Assembly (NCBI GenBank): GCA_964016885.1
Contig: OZ024750.1
Location: forward strand, 42,470,001 to 42,534,000
Source: Eledone cirrhosa
Taxonomy: Eukaryota
DNA length: 64,000 bases
Direction of reading: 5' to 3'
The notes beneath the pieces were generated by a model that saw only the letters and a program-made list of their open reading frames with translations, was not told the origin of the DNA and searched no databases. Positions 48,058 through 61,545 of the stretch are shown here, piece after piece; the stretch's first letter is position 1, and every line of letters starts with the position of its first letter. A program made the position numbers and the translations under genes.

Positions 48058-48643
48058 CTTTCCCTCATGCTGCCATGTAAAAAAATAAATAAATAAATAA
48101 ATAAAATATACATTTAAAGGAAGAAATAATAAATATGTAAAAAAATAAATATATGTAAATGTTTTGTTTGAAGGTTTCTTCAATTTTATTTTAAGTAACA
48201 AATAAAATGTTTGTTTTTTTTTGTTTTCTGTTTGTTACAAAAATAATCTGAGTTTTGTCCATTTTTCATAACATTTTCTCCTGTTTTGCTGATATTGGTG
48301 TTGGTATTGGGGAATGTCATGTTAGATCTTAACACAGAGGTTCTCAATCTGTTTGCCCCTCCCCCTCCTTATGGCCATGTAGTATCCTCAGCACCGCCCC
48401 GCCCCCTCAAGGCCGCGTAGTATTCTCAGCACCCCCCCCCCCCCCGCAAACCTATTTCTAGAAAGACCTGTCTACATGTAAATACAATAGTATATATAGA
48501 ATAAAGTAAATACCCTCTTTGGTCACAAATTACCATGGGATTGACACCTAGAAAGTTCCTCTCTGAGGCACCAGACGGGCAAGGTTATTTGTGGAAGACC
48601 AGCAATTGCCCATGCATACTAGTCTCCCCTCTCCAAATTCATT

Positions 48644-51600
48644 CAAGGTCATGAGTTCTAACCCTACATTTGTCCCTGTAAATAGTTATTACTCCAAAGT
48701 TACACAACGTCCAGGGTTCTAACCCTACATTTGTCCCTGTAAATAGTTATTTCTCCAAAGTTACACAAGGTCCAATGTTCTAACCCTACATTTGTCCCTG
48801 TAAATAGTTATATCTCCAAAGTTACACAAGGTCATGAGTTATAACCCTACATTTGTCCCTGTAAATAGTTATTTCTCCAAAGTTACACAAGGTCATGAGT
48901 TATAACCCTACATTTGTCCCTGTAAATAGTTATTTCTCCAAAGTTACACAAGGTCCAGGATTCTAACCCTACATTTGTCCCTGTAAATAGTTATTTCTCC
49001 AAAGTTACACAAGGTCCAATGTTCTAACCCTACATTTGTCCCTGTAAATAGTTATATCTCCCCAAAGTTACACAAGGTCATGAGTTATAACCCTACATTT
49101 GTCCCTGTAAATAGTTATTTCTCCAAAGTTACATAAGGTCCAGGATTCTAACCCTACATTTGTCCCTGTAAATAGTTATTACTCCAAAGTTACACAACGT
49201 CCAGGGTTCTAACCCTACATTTGTCCCTGTAAATAGTTATTTCTCCAAAGTTACACAAGGACCAATGTTCTAACCCTACATTTGTCCCTGTAAATAGTTA
49301 TTACTCCAAAGTTACACAACGTCCAGGGTTCTAACCCTACATTTGTCCCTGTAAATAGTTATTTCTCCAAAGTTACACAAGATCATGAGTTCTAACCCTA
49401 CATTTGTCCCTGTAAATAGTTATTTCTCCAAAGTTACACAAGATCATGAGTTCTAACCCTACATTTGTCCCTGTAAATAGTTATTTCTCCAAAGTTACAC
49501 AAGGTCCGAGGTTCTAACCCTACATTTGTCCCTGTAAATAGTTATTTCTCCAAAGTTACACAAGGTCCAGGGTTCTAACCCTACATTTGTCCCTGTAAAT
49601 AGTTATTTCTCCAAAGTTACACAACGTCCAGGGTTCTAACCCTACATTTGTCCCTGTAAATAGTTATTTCTCCAAAGTTACACAAGGACCAATGTTCTAA
49701 CCCTACATTTGTCCCTGTAAATAGTTATTTCTCCAAAGTTACTCAAGGTCCAGGGTTCTAACCCTACATTTGTCCCTGTAAATAGTTATTTCTCCAAAGT
49801 TACTCAAGGTCCAGGGTTCTAACCCTACATTTGTCCCTGTAAATAGTTATTTCTCCAAAGTTACACAAGGTCATGAGTTCTAACCCTACATTTGTCCCTG
49901 TAAATAGTTATTTCTCCAAAGTTACACAAGGTCATGAGTTATAACCCTACATTTGTCCCTGTAAATAGTTATTTCTCCAAAGTTACACAAGGTCCAGGGT
50001 TCTAACCCTACATTTGTCCCTGTAAATAGTTATTTCTCCAAAGTTACACAAGGTCCAGGGTTCTAACCCTACATTTGTCCCTGTAAATAGTTATATCTCC
50101 AAAGTTACACAAGGTCATGAGTTATAACCCTACATTTGTCCCTGTAAATAGTTATTTCTCCAAAGTTACACAAGGTCATGAGTTATAACCCTACATTTGT
50201 CCCTGTAAATAGTTATTTCTCCAAAGTTACACAAGGTCCAGGATTCTAACCCTATATTTGTCCCTGTAAATAGTTATTTCTCCAAAGTTACACAAGGTCC
50301 AATGTTCTAACCCTACATTTGTCCCTGTAAATAGTTATATCTCCCCAAAGTTACACAAGGTCATGAGTTATAACCCTACATTTGTCCCTGTAAATAGTTA
50401 TTTCTCCAAAGTTACATAAGGTCCAGGATTCTAACCCTACATTTGTCCCTGTAAATAGTTATTACTCCAAAGTTACACAACGTCCAGGGTTCTAACCCTA
50501 CATTTGTCCCTGTAAATAGTTATTTCTCCAAAGTTACACAAGGACCAATGTTCTAACCCTACATTTGTCCCTGTAAATAGTTATTACTCCAAAGTTACAC
50601 AACGTCCAGGGTTCTAACCCTACATTTGTCCCTGTAAATAGTTATTTCTCCAAAGTTACACAAGATCATGAGTTCTAACCCTACATTTGTCCCTGTAAAT
50701 AGTTATTTCTCCAAAGTTACACAAGATCATGAGTTCTAACCCTACATTTGTCCCTGTAAATAGTTATTTCTCCAAAGTTACACAAGGTCCGAGGTTCTAA
50801 CCCTACATTTGTCCCTGTAAATAGTTATTTCTCCAAAGTTACACAAGGTCCAGGGTTCTAACCCTACATTTGTCCCTGTAAATAGTTATTTCTCCAAAGT
50901 TACACAACGTCCAGGGTTCTAACCCTACATTTGTCCCTGTAAATAGTTATTTCTCCAAAGTTACACAAGGACCAATGTTCTAACCCTACATTTGTCCCTG
51001 TAAATAGTTATTTCTCCAAAGTTACTCAAGGTCCAGGGTTCTAACCCTACATTTGTCCCTGTAAATAGTTATTTCTCCAAAGTTACTCAAGGTCCAGGGT
51101 TCTAACCCTACATTTGTCCCTGTAAATAGTTATTTCTCCAAAGTTACACAAGGTCATGAGTTCTAACCCTACATTTGTCCCTGTAAATAGTTATTTCTCC
51201 AAAGTTACACAAGGTCATGAGTTATAACCCTACATTTGTCCCTGTAAATAGTTATTTCTCCAAAGTTACACAAGGTCCAGGGTTCTAACCCTACATTTGT
51301 CCCTGTAAATAGTTATTTCTCCAAAGTTACACAAGGTCCAGGGTTCTAACCCTACATTTGTCCCTGTAAATAGTTATTTCTCCAAAGTTACACAAGGTCC
51401 AAGGTTCTAACCCTACATTTGTCCCTGTAAATAGTTATTTCTCCAAAGTTACACAAGGTCCAAGGTTCTAACCCTACATTTGTCCCTGTAAATAGTTATT
51501 TCTCCAAAGTTACACAAGGTCCAGGGTTCTAACCCTACATTTGTCCCTGTAAATAGTTATTTCTCCAAAGTTACACAAGGTCCAAGGTTCTAACCCTACA

Positions 51601-52245
51601 TTTGTCCCTGTAAATAGTTATTTCTCCAAAGTTACACAATGTCCTGAGTTCTAACCCTACATTTGTCCCTGTAAATAGTTATTTCTCCAAAGTTACAGAA
51701 GGTCCAAGTTTCTAACCCTACATTTGTCCCTGTAAATAGTTATTTCTCCAAAGTTACACAAGGTCCAAGGTTCTAACCCTACATTTGTCCCTGTAAATAG
51801 TTATTTCTCCAAAGTTACACAAGGTCCAGGGTTCTAACCCTACATTTGTCCCTGCCAATAGTTATTTCTCCAAAGTTACACAAGGTCCAGGGTTCTAACC
51901 CTACATTTGTCCCTGTAAATAGTTATTTCTCCAAAGTTACACAAGGTCCAGGGTTCTAACCCTACATTTGTCCCTGCCAATAGTTATTTCTCCAAAGTTA
52001 CACAAGGTCCAGGGTTCTAACCCTACATTTGTCCCTGTAAATAGTTATTTCTCCAAAGTTACACAAGGTCCAGGGTTCTAACCCTACATTTGTCCCTGCC
52101 AATAGTTATTTCTCCAAAGTTACACAAGGTCCAGGGTTCTAACCCTACATTTGTCCCTGCCAATAGTTATTTCTCCAAAGTTACACAAGGTCCAGGGTTC
52201 TAACCCTACATTTGTCCCTGCCAATAGTTATTTCTCCAAAGTTAC
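48644..52245. repeat. 61-bp satellite (about 59 copies) with a 1283-bp higher-order duplication
   Basis: Unit AAGGTCCAGGGTTCTAACCCTACATTTGTCCCTGTAAATAGTTATTTCTCCAAAGTTACAC. Diagnostic variants recur 1283 bp apart. Confidence 0.95.
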
Positions 52246-52259
52246 TCGTAGATATGAAG

Positions 52260-52445
52260 AGTAAAAACCCCCTTCGGTCACAAATGACCCTGAGATTTGC
52301 ACCTTGAAAGTTCCTTGAAAGTCCAGGCAAGGTTGTGGAAGGTCAGCAGTCACCCCTGTATACCAGTCTCCCCTCTCCATGCCACTGATGTTGTCCAAGG
52401 GAAAGGCGATGGCCAATACAGCTTGGCACCAGTGACATCGTAACT
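52260..52445 (-). mobile_element. SINE 3' body fragment (same family as 6690-6930, 34565-34770 and 48510-48635)
   Basis: GGTCACAAATGACC...GAAAGTTCC...CCAGTCTCCCCTCTCCA...CCAAGGGAAAGGC...TTGGCACCAGTGAC. Confidence 0.7.
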
Positions 52446-54298
52446 ATATACCACTAATGTTGGCACCAGTGACATCACAACTATATACCACTAATGTTGG
52501 CACCAGTGACATCACAACTATATACCACTAATGTTGGCACCAGTGACATCACAACTATATACCAATAGTGTTGGCACCAGTGGCATCACAACTATATACC
52601 AATAGTGTTGGCACCAGTGACATCACAACTATATACCACTAATGTTGGCACCAGTGACATCACAACTATATACCACTAATGTTGGCACCAGTGACATCAC
52701 AACTATATACCAATAGTGTTGGCACCAGTGGCATCACAACTATATACCAATAGTGTTGGCACCAGTGACATCACAACTATATACCAATAGTGTTGGCACC
52801 AGTGACATCACAACTATATACCACTAATGTTGGCACCAGTGACATCACAACTATATACCAATAGTGTTGGCAACAGTGGCATCACAACTATATACCACTA
52901 ATGTTGGCACCAGTGACATCACAACTATATACCAATAGTGTTGGCAACAGTGGCATCACAACTATATACCACTAATGTTGGCACCAGTGACATCACAACT
53001 ATATACCACTAATGTTGGCACCAGTGACATCACAACTATATACCACTAATGTTGGCACCAGTGACATCACAACTATATACCAATAGTGTTGGCACCAGTG
53101 ACCTCACAACTATATACCACTAATGTTGGCACCAGTGACATCACAACTATATACCACTAGTGTTGGCACCAGTGACATCACAACTATATACCACTAATGT
53201 TGGCACCAGTGACATCACAACTATATACCAATAGTGTTGGCAACAGTGGCATCACAACTATATACCAATAGTGTTGGCACCAGTGACATCACAACTATAT
53301 ACCACTAATGTTGGCACCAGTGACATCACAACTATATACCACTAATGTTGGCACCAGTGACATCACAACTATATACCACTAATGTTGGCACCAGTGACAT
53401 CACAACTATATACCACTAATGTTGGCACCAGTGACATCACAACTATATACCACTAATGTTGGCACCAGTGACATCACAACTATATACCACTAATGTTGGC
53501 ACCAGTGACATCACAACTATATACCACTAATGTTGGCACCAGTGACATCACAACTATATACCACTAATGTTGGCACCAGTGACATCACAACTATATACCA
53601 CTAATGTTGGCACCAGTGATATCACAACTATGTACCACTAATGTTGGCACCAGTGACATCACAACTATATACCACTAATGTTGGCACCAGTGACATCACA
53701 ACTATATACCACTAATGTTGGCACCAGTGACATCACAACTATATACCAATAGTGTTGGCACCAGTGACATCACAACTATATACCACTAATGTTGGCACCA
53801 GTGATATCACAACTATATACCAATAGTGTTGGCACCAGTGGCATCACAACTATATACCACTAATGTTGGCACCAGTGACATCACAACTATATACTAATAG
53901 TGTTGGCACCAGTGACATCACAACTATATACCACTAATGTTGGCACCAGTGACATCACAACTATATACCAATAGTGTTGGCACCAGTGACATCACAACTA
54001 TATACCACTAATGTTGGCACCAGTGACATCACAACTATATACCACTAATGTTGGCACCAGTGACATCACAACTATGTACCACTAATGTTGGCACCAGTGA
54101 CATCACAACTATATACCAATAGTGTTGGCACCAGTGACATCACAACTATATACCACTAATGTTGGCACCAGTGACATCACAACTATATACCACTAATGTT
54201 GGCACCAGTGATATCACAACCATGTACCAATAGTGTTGGCACCAGTGACATCACAACTATGTACTAATAGTGTTGGCACCAGTGACATCACAACTATA
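52423..54298. repeat. 37-bp satellite (about 50 copies) TTGGCACCAGTGACATCACAACTATATACCACTAATG
   Basis: 37-bp periodicity. Confidence 0.95.
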
Positions 54299-54299
54299 T

Positions 54300-54415
54300 A
54301 TCACCATCACCATCACCATCATTATCATCACCATCATCATCATTACCACCATCATCACCACCACCATCACCATCACCACCATCACCACCATCACCATCAC
54401 CATCATAATCACCAT
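54300..54415. repeat. (CAC/CAT)n microsatellite
   Basis: Simple trinucleotide repeat. Confidence 0.9.
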
Positions 54416-54516
54416 ACTGACATGTGTTCTATGGTACTTTTTTAGGCAATCTTTTACAGCTGGATGTCCTTCTTCACATCAACACTGTTGGTTGTTTCTT
54501 CTGACACACAGATACA

Positions 54517-57350
54517 GGGTATATATTGTAACAGGGATAGGGTGTATATATTGTAACAGGGATAGGGTGTATATATTGTAACAGGGATAGGGTGTATATA
54601 TTGTAACAGGGATAGGGTGTATATATTGTAACAGGGATAGGGTGTATATATTGTAACAGGGATAGGGTGTATATATACTAACAGGGATAGGGTGTATATA
54701 TACTAACAGGGATAGGGTGTATATATTGTAACAGGGATAGGGTGTATATATTGTAACAGGGATAGGGTGTATATATTGTAACAGGGATAGGGTGTATATA
54801 TACTAACAGGGATATGGTGTATATATTGTAACAGGGATAGGGTGTATATATACTAACAGGGATATGGTGTATATATTGTAACAGGGATAGGGTGTATATA
54901 TACTAACAGGGATATGGTGTATATATTGTAACAGGGATAGGGTGTATATATTGTAACAGGGATAGGGTGTATATATTGTAACAGGGATAGGGTGTATATA
55001 TTGTAACAGGGATAGGGTGTATATATACTAACAGAGATATGGTGTATATATTGTAACAGGGATAGGGTGTATATATTGTAACAGGGATAGGGTGTATATA
55101 TACTAACAGAGATATGGTGTATATATTGTAACAGGGATATGGTGTATATATTGTAACAGGGATAGGGTGTATATATTGTAACAGGGATATGGTGTATATA
55201 TTGTAACAGGGATAGGGTGTATATATTGTAACAGGGATAGGGTGTATATATTGTAACAGGGATAGGGTGTATATATACTAACAGGGATATGGTGTATATA
55301 TTGTAACAGGGATAGGGTGTATATATTGTAACAGGGATAGGGTGTATATATACTAACAGGGATATGGTGTATATATTGTAACAGGGATAGGGTGTATATA
55401 TTGTAACAGGGATAGGGTGTATATATACTAACAGGGATAGGGTGTATATATTGTATACAGGGATAGGGTGTATATATTGTAACAGGGATAGGGTGTATAT
55501 ATTGTAACAGGGATAGGGTGTATATATTGTAACAGGGATAGGGTGTATATATTGTAACAGGGATAGGGTGTATATATTGTAACAGGGATATGGTGTATAT
55601 ATACTAACAGGGATAGGGTGTATATATACTAACAGGGATAGGGTGTATATAGTATATATACTAACAGGGATATAGTTTATATATTATAACAGAGATATGG
55701 TGTATATATTGTAACAGGGATAGGGTGTATATATTGTAACAGAGATAGGGTGTATATATACTAACAGGGATAAGGTGTATATATTGTAACAGGGATAGGG
55801 TGTATATATTGTAACAGGGATAGGGTGTATATATTGTAACAGGGATAGGGTGTATATATACTAACAGGGATATGGTGTATATATTGTAACAGGGATAGGG
55901 TGTATATATTGTAACAGGGATAGGGTGTATATATACTAACAGGGATAGGGTGTATATATTGTATACAGGGATAGGGTGTATATATTGTAACAGGGATAGG
56001 GTGTATATATTGTAACAGGGATAGGGTGTATATATTGTATACAGGGATAGGGTGTATATATTGTAACAGGGATAGGGTGTATATATTGTAACAGGGATAT
56101 GGTGTATATATACTAACAGGGATAGGGTGTATATATACTAACAGGGATAGGGTGTATATAGTATATATACTAACAGGGATATAGTTTATATATTATAACA
56201 GAGATATGGTGTATATATTGTAACAGGGATAGGGTATATATATTGTAACAGGGATAGGGTGTATATATTGTAACAGGGATAGGGTGTATATATTGTAACA
56301 GAGATAGGGTGTATATATTGTAACAGGGATAGGGTGTATATATACTAACAGGGATATGGTGTATATATTGTAACAGAGATAGGGTGTATATATACTAACA
56401 GGGATAAGGTGTATATATTGTAACAGGGATAGGGTGTATATATTGTAACAGGGATAGGGTGTATATATACTAACAGGGATAGGGTGTATATATTGTAACA
56501 GGGATAGGGTGTATATATTGTATACAGGGATAGGGTGTATATATTGTAACAGGGATAGGGTGTATATATTGTAACAGGGATAGGGTGTATATATTGTAAC
56601 AGGGATAAGGTGTATATATACTAACAGGGATATGGTGTATATATTGTAACAAGGATAGGGTGTATATATACTAACAGGGATAGGGTGTATATAGTATATA
56701 TACTAACAGGGATATAGTTTATATATTATAACAGAGATATGGTGTATATATTGTAACAGGGATAGGGTGTATATATTGTAACAGGGATAGGGTGTATATA
56801 TTGTAACAGGGATAGGGTGTATATATACTAACAGGGATAGGGTGTATATATTGTAACAGGGATATGGTGTATATATTGTAACAGGGATAGGGTGTATATA
56901 TTGTAACAGGGATAGGGTGTATATATTGTAACAGAGATAGGGTGTATATATTGTAACAGAGATATGGTTTATATATTATGACACAGACAGGGTATATATT
57001 ATAACAAAGATATGGTGTATATATTATAACAGATATAGGGTGTATATATTATAACAGAGATAGGGTGTATATATTGTAAAACAGACAGGGTATATATTAT
57101 AACAGAGATAGGGTGTATATATTATAACAGAGATATGGTGTATATATTATAACAGAGATAGGGTATATAATGGATATGGTGTATATATTATAACAGGTAC
57201 AGTTTATATATTATAACAGAGATATGGTGTATATATTATAACAGGTACAGTGTATATATTATAACAGAGATAGGGTGTATAACAGAGATATGGTGTATAT
57301 ATTGTATAGATAGGGTGTATAACAGAGAAAGGGTGTATATATTGTAACAC
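54517..57350. repeat. 25-bp satellite GGGTGTATATATTGTAACAGGGATA
   Basis: 25-bp periodicity, degenerating at the right edge. Confidence 0.95.
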
Positions 57351-57450
57351 AGGGGTACAAGGCCAACAATCCTAAGTGAGAAGAAAGTCATAGATTCAAT
57401 ATTATGCGAGGTAAAGCCGTTACTGTGAAGATATAATAGTATATATAGAT

Positions 57451-57641
57451 CAATTGTTTCTACTTTTGGCACAAGGCCAGCAATTATCACAGTGAATTAC
57501 TGGTACTTCTTTTTATCAACCCCGTAAGGATGAAAGGCAAAGTTAACCTCGACAAGATTTGAACTCAGACCGCAAAGGATCGTAACTCTATGCTGCAAGG
57601 CGTGGTGTCCGACCTTCTATTGATACTGCCAATCCACCACC
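57451..57641 (-). mobile_element. SINE family A nested in a piggyBac-like MITE remnant
   Basis: Full reverse-complement SINE A consensus between MITE segments. Confidence 0.75.
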
Positions 57642-57987
57642 TGTATAGTAAATATAGATTAATGTAAATTCTAAAGGGTCAACATATCCTACAAAAATCT
57701 GGAATCATGTGCAGCAGATAGAGTGGCCTGGAGAAATGTCTTTTGGAATGGAGAGGGTAAAACATGCAGAACTGAAAAGAAAGGTGCAGAAGAATGAGAC
57801 CAAGAGTAATAATTGTTTCTACTTTTGGCACAGGGACAGCAATTATCCCAGTGCATTACTGGTACTTTATTTTATCGACCCCCGTAAGATGTGTCAAAGA
57901 TGTGTTGTCCCACCCTTGCAAGCAGGGAAAAGCGGGACGTAAAATGATGATGATGATGATGATATATACATATATATATATATAAAC

Positions 57988-58037
<50 letters not shown>

Positions 58038-58321
58038 TACACATATATACACACACTCATGCATTTCATTGTGGAAGGTGAACAATGTAGATATCTTCAG
58101 AAGAAGTTCTCAACAAAAATCAAGACATGGGACAAGCTGTTTAATCAGAAGAGAACAATGTAAATAAAACATTTCTACATGTTGAAATGTTCAAATATAT
58201 ATTTAAGATGTCTGTTTACAGAATTTACAGACATATTTTGTGTAAAATATACACTGTTGTGTACATGTATGAATTTTTAATATACTTCAGCTGCTTGGTA
58301 CAGAAGTGTATATATATATAT

Positions 58322-59083
58322 ATAATATATAGTAAGAAACACAGTAAACCGTGTGTCTAAAATTACAGGGTTCCAATTGAGTTTTAACTCTAATTTTCAT
58401 ATATATTTCTGCTCCCTCACAAGTTGAGCTTATTAAGTTGTGTGTGTTGGACTGTTATTTCTATTCAATACACACTTACCACGTTTGACTAGCGGCGCAC
58501 GAGGTGACAAATTCATCTTTCTGTGTGAACGTTGGCAAATAGTGTTTGTGGCATTTAATCAGATTCTCTCGCTGATGAAGCCCAGGATTATCTGTTACAA
58601 ACACACTCAGGGCGAAACAGATTAGGGATAATCTGTCTGAGAGATATAATGGTTATTGAGGCGGTTTGTATATTTTATCATTCTGTCTGCTTCTTGGTTA
58701 AATATTTCAAACAAATGTGGTTTTTCAACCCTTGTAATTTTAGACACACGGTTTACTGTGTTTCTTACTATATATTATTAATTAGCTCAGTATTTATACT
58801 TTGAGCTTAATAGTTACAGGGTTCCAATTGAGTTTTAACTCTAATTTTCATATATATTTCTGCTCCCTCACAAGTTGAGCTTATTAAGTTGTGTGTGTTG
58901 GACTGTTATTTCTATTCAATACACGCTTACCACGTTTGACTAGCGGCGCACAAGGTGACAAATTCATCTTTCTGTGTGAACGTTGGCAAATAGTGTTTGT
59001 GGCATTTAATCAGATTCTCTCGCTGATGAAGCCCAGGATTATCTGTTACAAACACACTCAGGGCGAAACAGATTAGGGATAAT
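58322..59083 (+). mobile_element. Non-coding HHR element: 451-bp unit, partial tandem copy and short inverted 5' segment (PLE pLTR/retrozyme-like)
   Basis: 58363-58632 is repeated at 58814-59083, and 58322-58372 is an inverted copy of 58727-58778. Confidence 0.8.
58565..58644 (+). ncRNA. Type I hammerhead ribozyme with full stem III
   Basis: TCTCTCG-CTGATGA-A-GCCC..GGGC-GAAA-CAGATTA-GGGA-TAATCTG-TC-TGAGAGA with GUC triplet. The second copy at 59016-59083 is truncated within stem III. Confidence 0.85.
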
Positions 59084-59292
59084 AACTCAATATATACCTT
59101 TGATATATTCGGCTCCGTTAATTCATTGAGCTAATTCAAATGTCGAATAAACCTGGCGGCTATTTCTTGATTAATTCTTAAATTGAGTCTGGCAAACCCT
59201 ATTGTCTATAGTTAGTATTCTTTTCCCCTTAGCGAATCTGGTCCCTTACGATTTGAACACATATATGTATATATCTGTATATATATATATAT

Positions 59293-59345
<53 letters not shown>

Positions 59346-59348
<3 letters not shown>

Positions 59349-59973
59349 TCATCATCATCATCATCATCGTTTAACGTCCGTGTTCCATGCTTGCATGGGT
59401 TTGGACGGGAGTTTTCCCACTTGAGGCAAGAGTGGTTGTCTTGCTCGCATAGGACTGTCTGGCGGGTTTTCTACAGTTGGATGCCCTTCCTAACACCAAC
59501 CACATTTACAGTGTGGGGCTGGGAGGTTTTTACCGTGTTGCCTACACGGCCACATTACAGCGTGGACTGTCTGGCAGGTTTTCTTCAGCTGGATGCCCTT
59601 CCTAACACCAACCACATTTACAGTGTGGGACTGGGACGTTTTTACCGTGTTGCCTACACGGTCACATTACAGCGTGGACTGTGTGTTTTTTTTTGTTTTT
59701 TTTTTTTCGTGACACCTACACGATCTCATTTGTTTCGGCCTGGATTTTGTGGCACCAACATAACTTTACATTGAAAGGGGCGGTGTGGATGGGGTGGGGG
59801 GACGGGGGTGTATTTTGTTAGAGATGCCTACTGACTGTAGTAGGTTTTACTTTGTATTTAGGTAACACGGGTCTTCTCTGTTACTGAGTTCCGCCAAAGG
59901 TCTCGGTCCAGTGACATTGTCTTGGAGAGGTGTAAGTGTGTGAGGTCGGAATTTATCAGCTCGTCCCAGGTTT
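59346..59973 (-). mobile_element. RTE 3' end copy (same family as 31881-33397)
   Basis: Reverse complement of the ORF end (TWDELINSDL...) plus 3'UTR and (GAT)n tail. Confidence 0.88.
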
Positions 59974-60079
59974 GAGGGTGGCCGACTGAGGTAGAAGCTG
60001 CTAAATAGTCAGACATCCTCTTGTCTCTGATTTTCAGCCCTATGGATTTTATCTGTTATATTCCTTTGTTATATTTTGA

Positions 60080-60137
60080 ATACCTGATGATGTCACTGGA
60101 TTCATACTGAACCCGGTCATTGAAATGATCATAGTAT
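60080..60137 (+). ncRNA. Type I hammerhead ribozyme
   Basis: ATAC-CTGATGA-TGTCACTGGATTCA-TAC-TGAACCCGGTCATT-GAAA-TGATCA-TA-GTAT, then AATAAA. Confidence 0.65.
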
Positions 60138-60331
60138 AATAAACCTTTCAAGGATTTATACCAGTCCAGCCTCCTGTTATTTTATAATAATTAACTCCGT
60201 ACTCGCACCACCAACAACACAAACGAAGATGGGTGAGCTGCATTACGTTGAGTGCTCTCCATAATATTACATTGAGATTGACCATACGGAATGACCAGTT
60301 CTATCCAGTGGTGAACCAACAAACCTAAATA

Positions 60332-60449
<118 letters not shown>

Positions 60450-60589
60450 CATATATACAAATATATACATATATATATATACATATATATATATATCGTC
60501 TAAACCCATGCTAGCGTGGAAGATAGACATTAAACGATGATGATGATGATGATGATGATATTTACATATATATATATATATATATACAT

Positions 60590-60850
60590 ATTGTTTCCTT
60601 GAGCAAGACACTTTATTTCACATTGCTCCAGTTTACTCAGCTGTAGAAATGAGATGATAGGACTGGGGTCCCTATCATTCCACTGCAAAGTGGTCGTGGA
60701 GGTGCCATGGCAAAAAAGCACCCAGCACTCACTGTAAATGAGGTTGGTGTTAGGAAGGGCATCCAGCTGGAGAAATCAAGCCAGAATCAGTTCCCATCCC
60801 ACCCTTGCAAGCAGGGAAAAAGTGGACGTAAAATGATGATGATGATGATA
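60590..60850 (+). mobile_element. SINE family B, 5'-truncated
   Basis: Body and RTE-type tail match family B. Confidence 0.85.
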
Positions 60851-60892
60851 ATGATACAGATATCATATACACATATACAGATATATATACAG

Positions 60893-60976
<84 letters not shown>

Positions 60977-61124
60977 GTCTATATATCACATAAGAAATGG
61001 AGAATCAGTGCTGCAACGAATAAAATTTATTAGACATATTACAATCGTTTCTCTGCTGACCAGCTCGAGGCACAATCGATGTAATGATCGAACCTGATAC
61101 ACACACACACATATATATATATAT

Positions 61125-61155
<31 letters not shown>

Positions 61156-61208
61156 CATATATATATAAAAAAGAAATAAGATTTCGCTTCAAGCATAGCT
61201 TTATACAA

Positions 61209-61450
61209 TATGTATAAATATTTCGTATCTCCAAAGAAATACAGTTTTAGGAAGCCGTAGCTATGCAAACACCGGAGGGGGGGGGGGGGGGGGCTAACGC
61301 CCTCTGGTGATGTCCAGAAATGCATAGACGGTTGTCCCCCTTGCTTCTGCTGGACATCACCAGAGGGCGTTAGCCCCCCCCCCTCAGTGTTTGCATAGCT
61401 ACGGCTTCCTAAAACTATATTTCTTTGGAGATATGAAATATTTATACATA
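61209..61450. mobile_element. Foldback/MITE-like near-perfect palindrome (about 110-bp arms)
   Basis: ...TATCTCCAAAGAAATACAGTTTTAGGAAGCCGTAGCTATGCAAACAC..G-run..CTAACGCCCTCTGGTGATGTCCAG, followed by its reverse complement. Confidence 0.8.
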
Positions 61451-61545
61451 TATATATATATATATATATATATCATCATTATCATCATCATTTTACGTCC
61501 ACTTTTCCCTGCTTGCAAGGGTGGGATATATGTATATATATATAT

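Noticed and set aside
48655-48665. CTAACCC in the 61-bp unit as a telomeric repeat
   Set aside because: A single heptamer per unit, not tandem (TTAGGG)n.
54233-54445. Poly-His ORF
   Set aside because: It is a (CAC/CAT)n microsatellite between two satellites.
48644-57350. CRISPR-like appearance of the 61-, 37- and 25-bp arrays
   Set aside because: There are no unique spacers, only a few recurring point variants. There are no cas genes and the context is eukaryotic.
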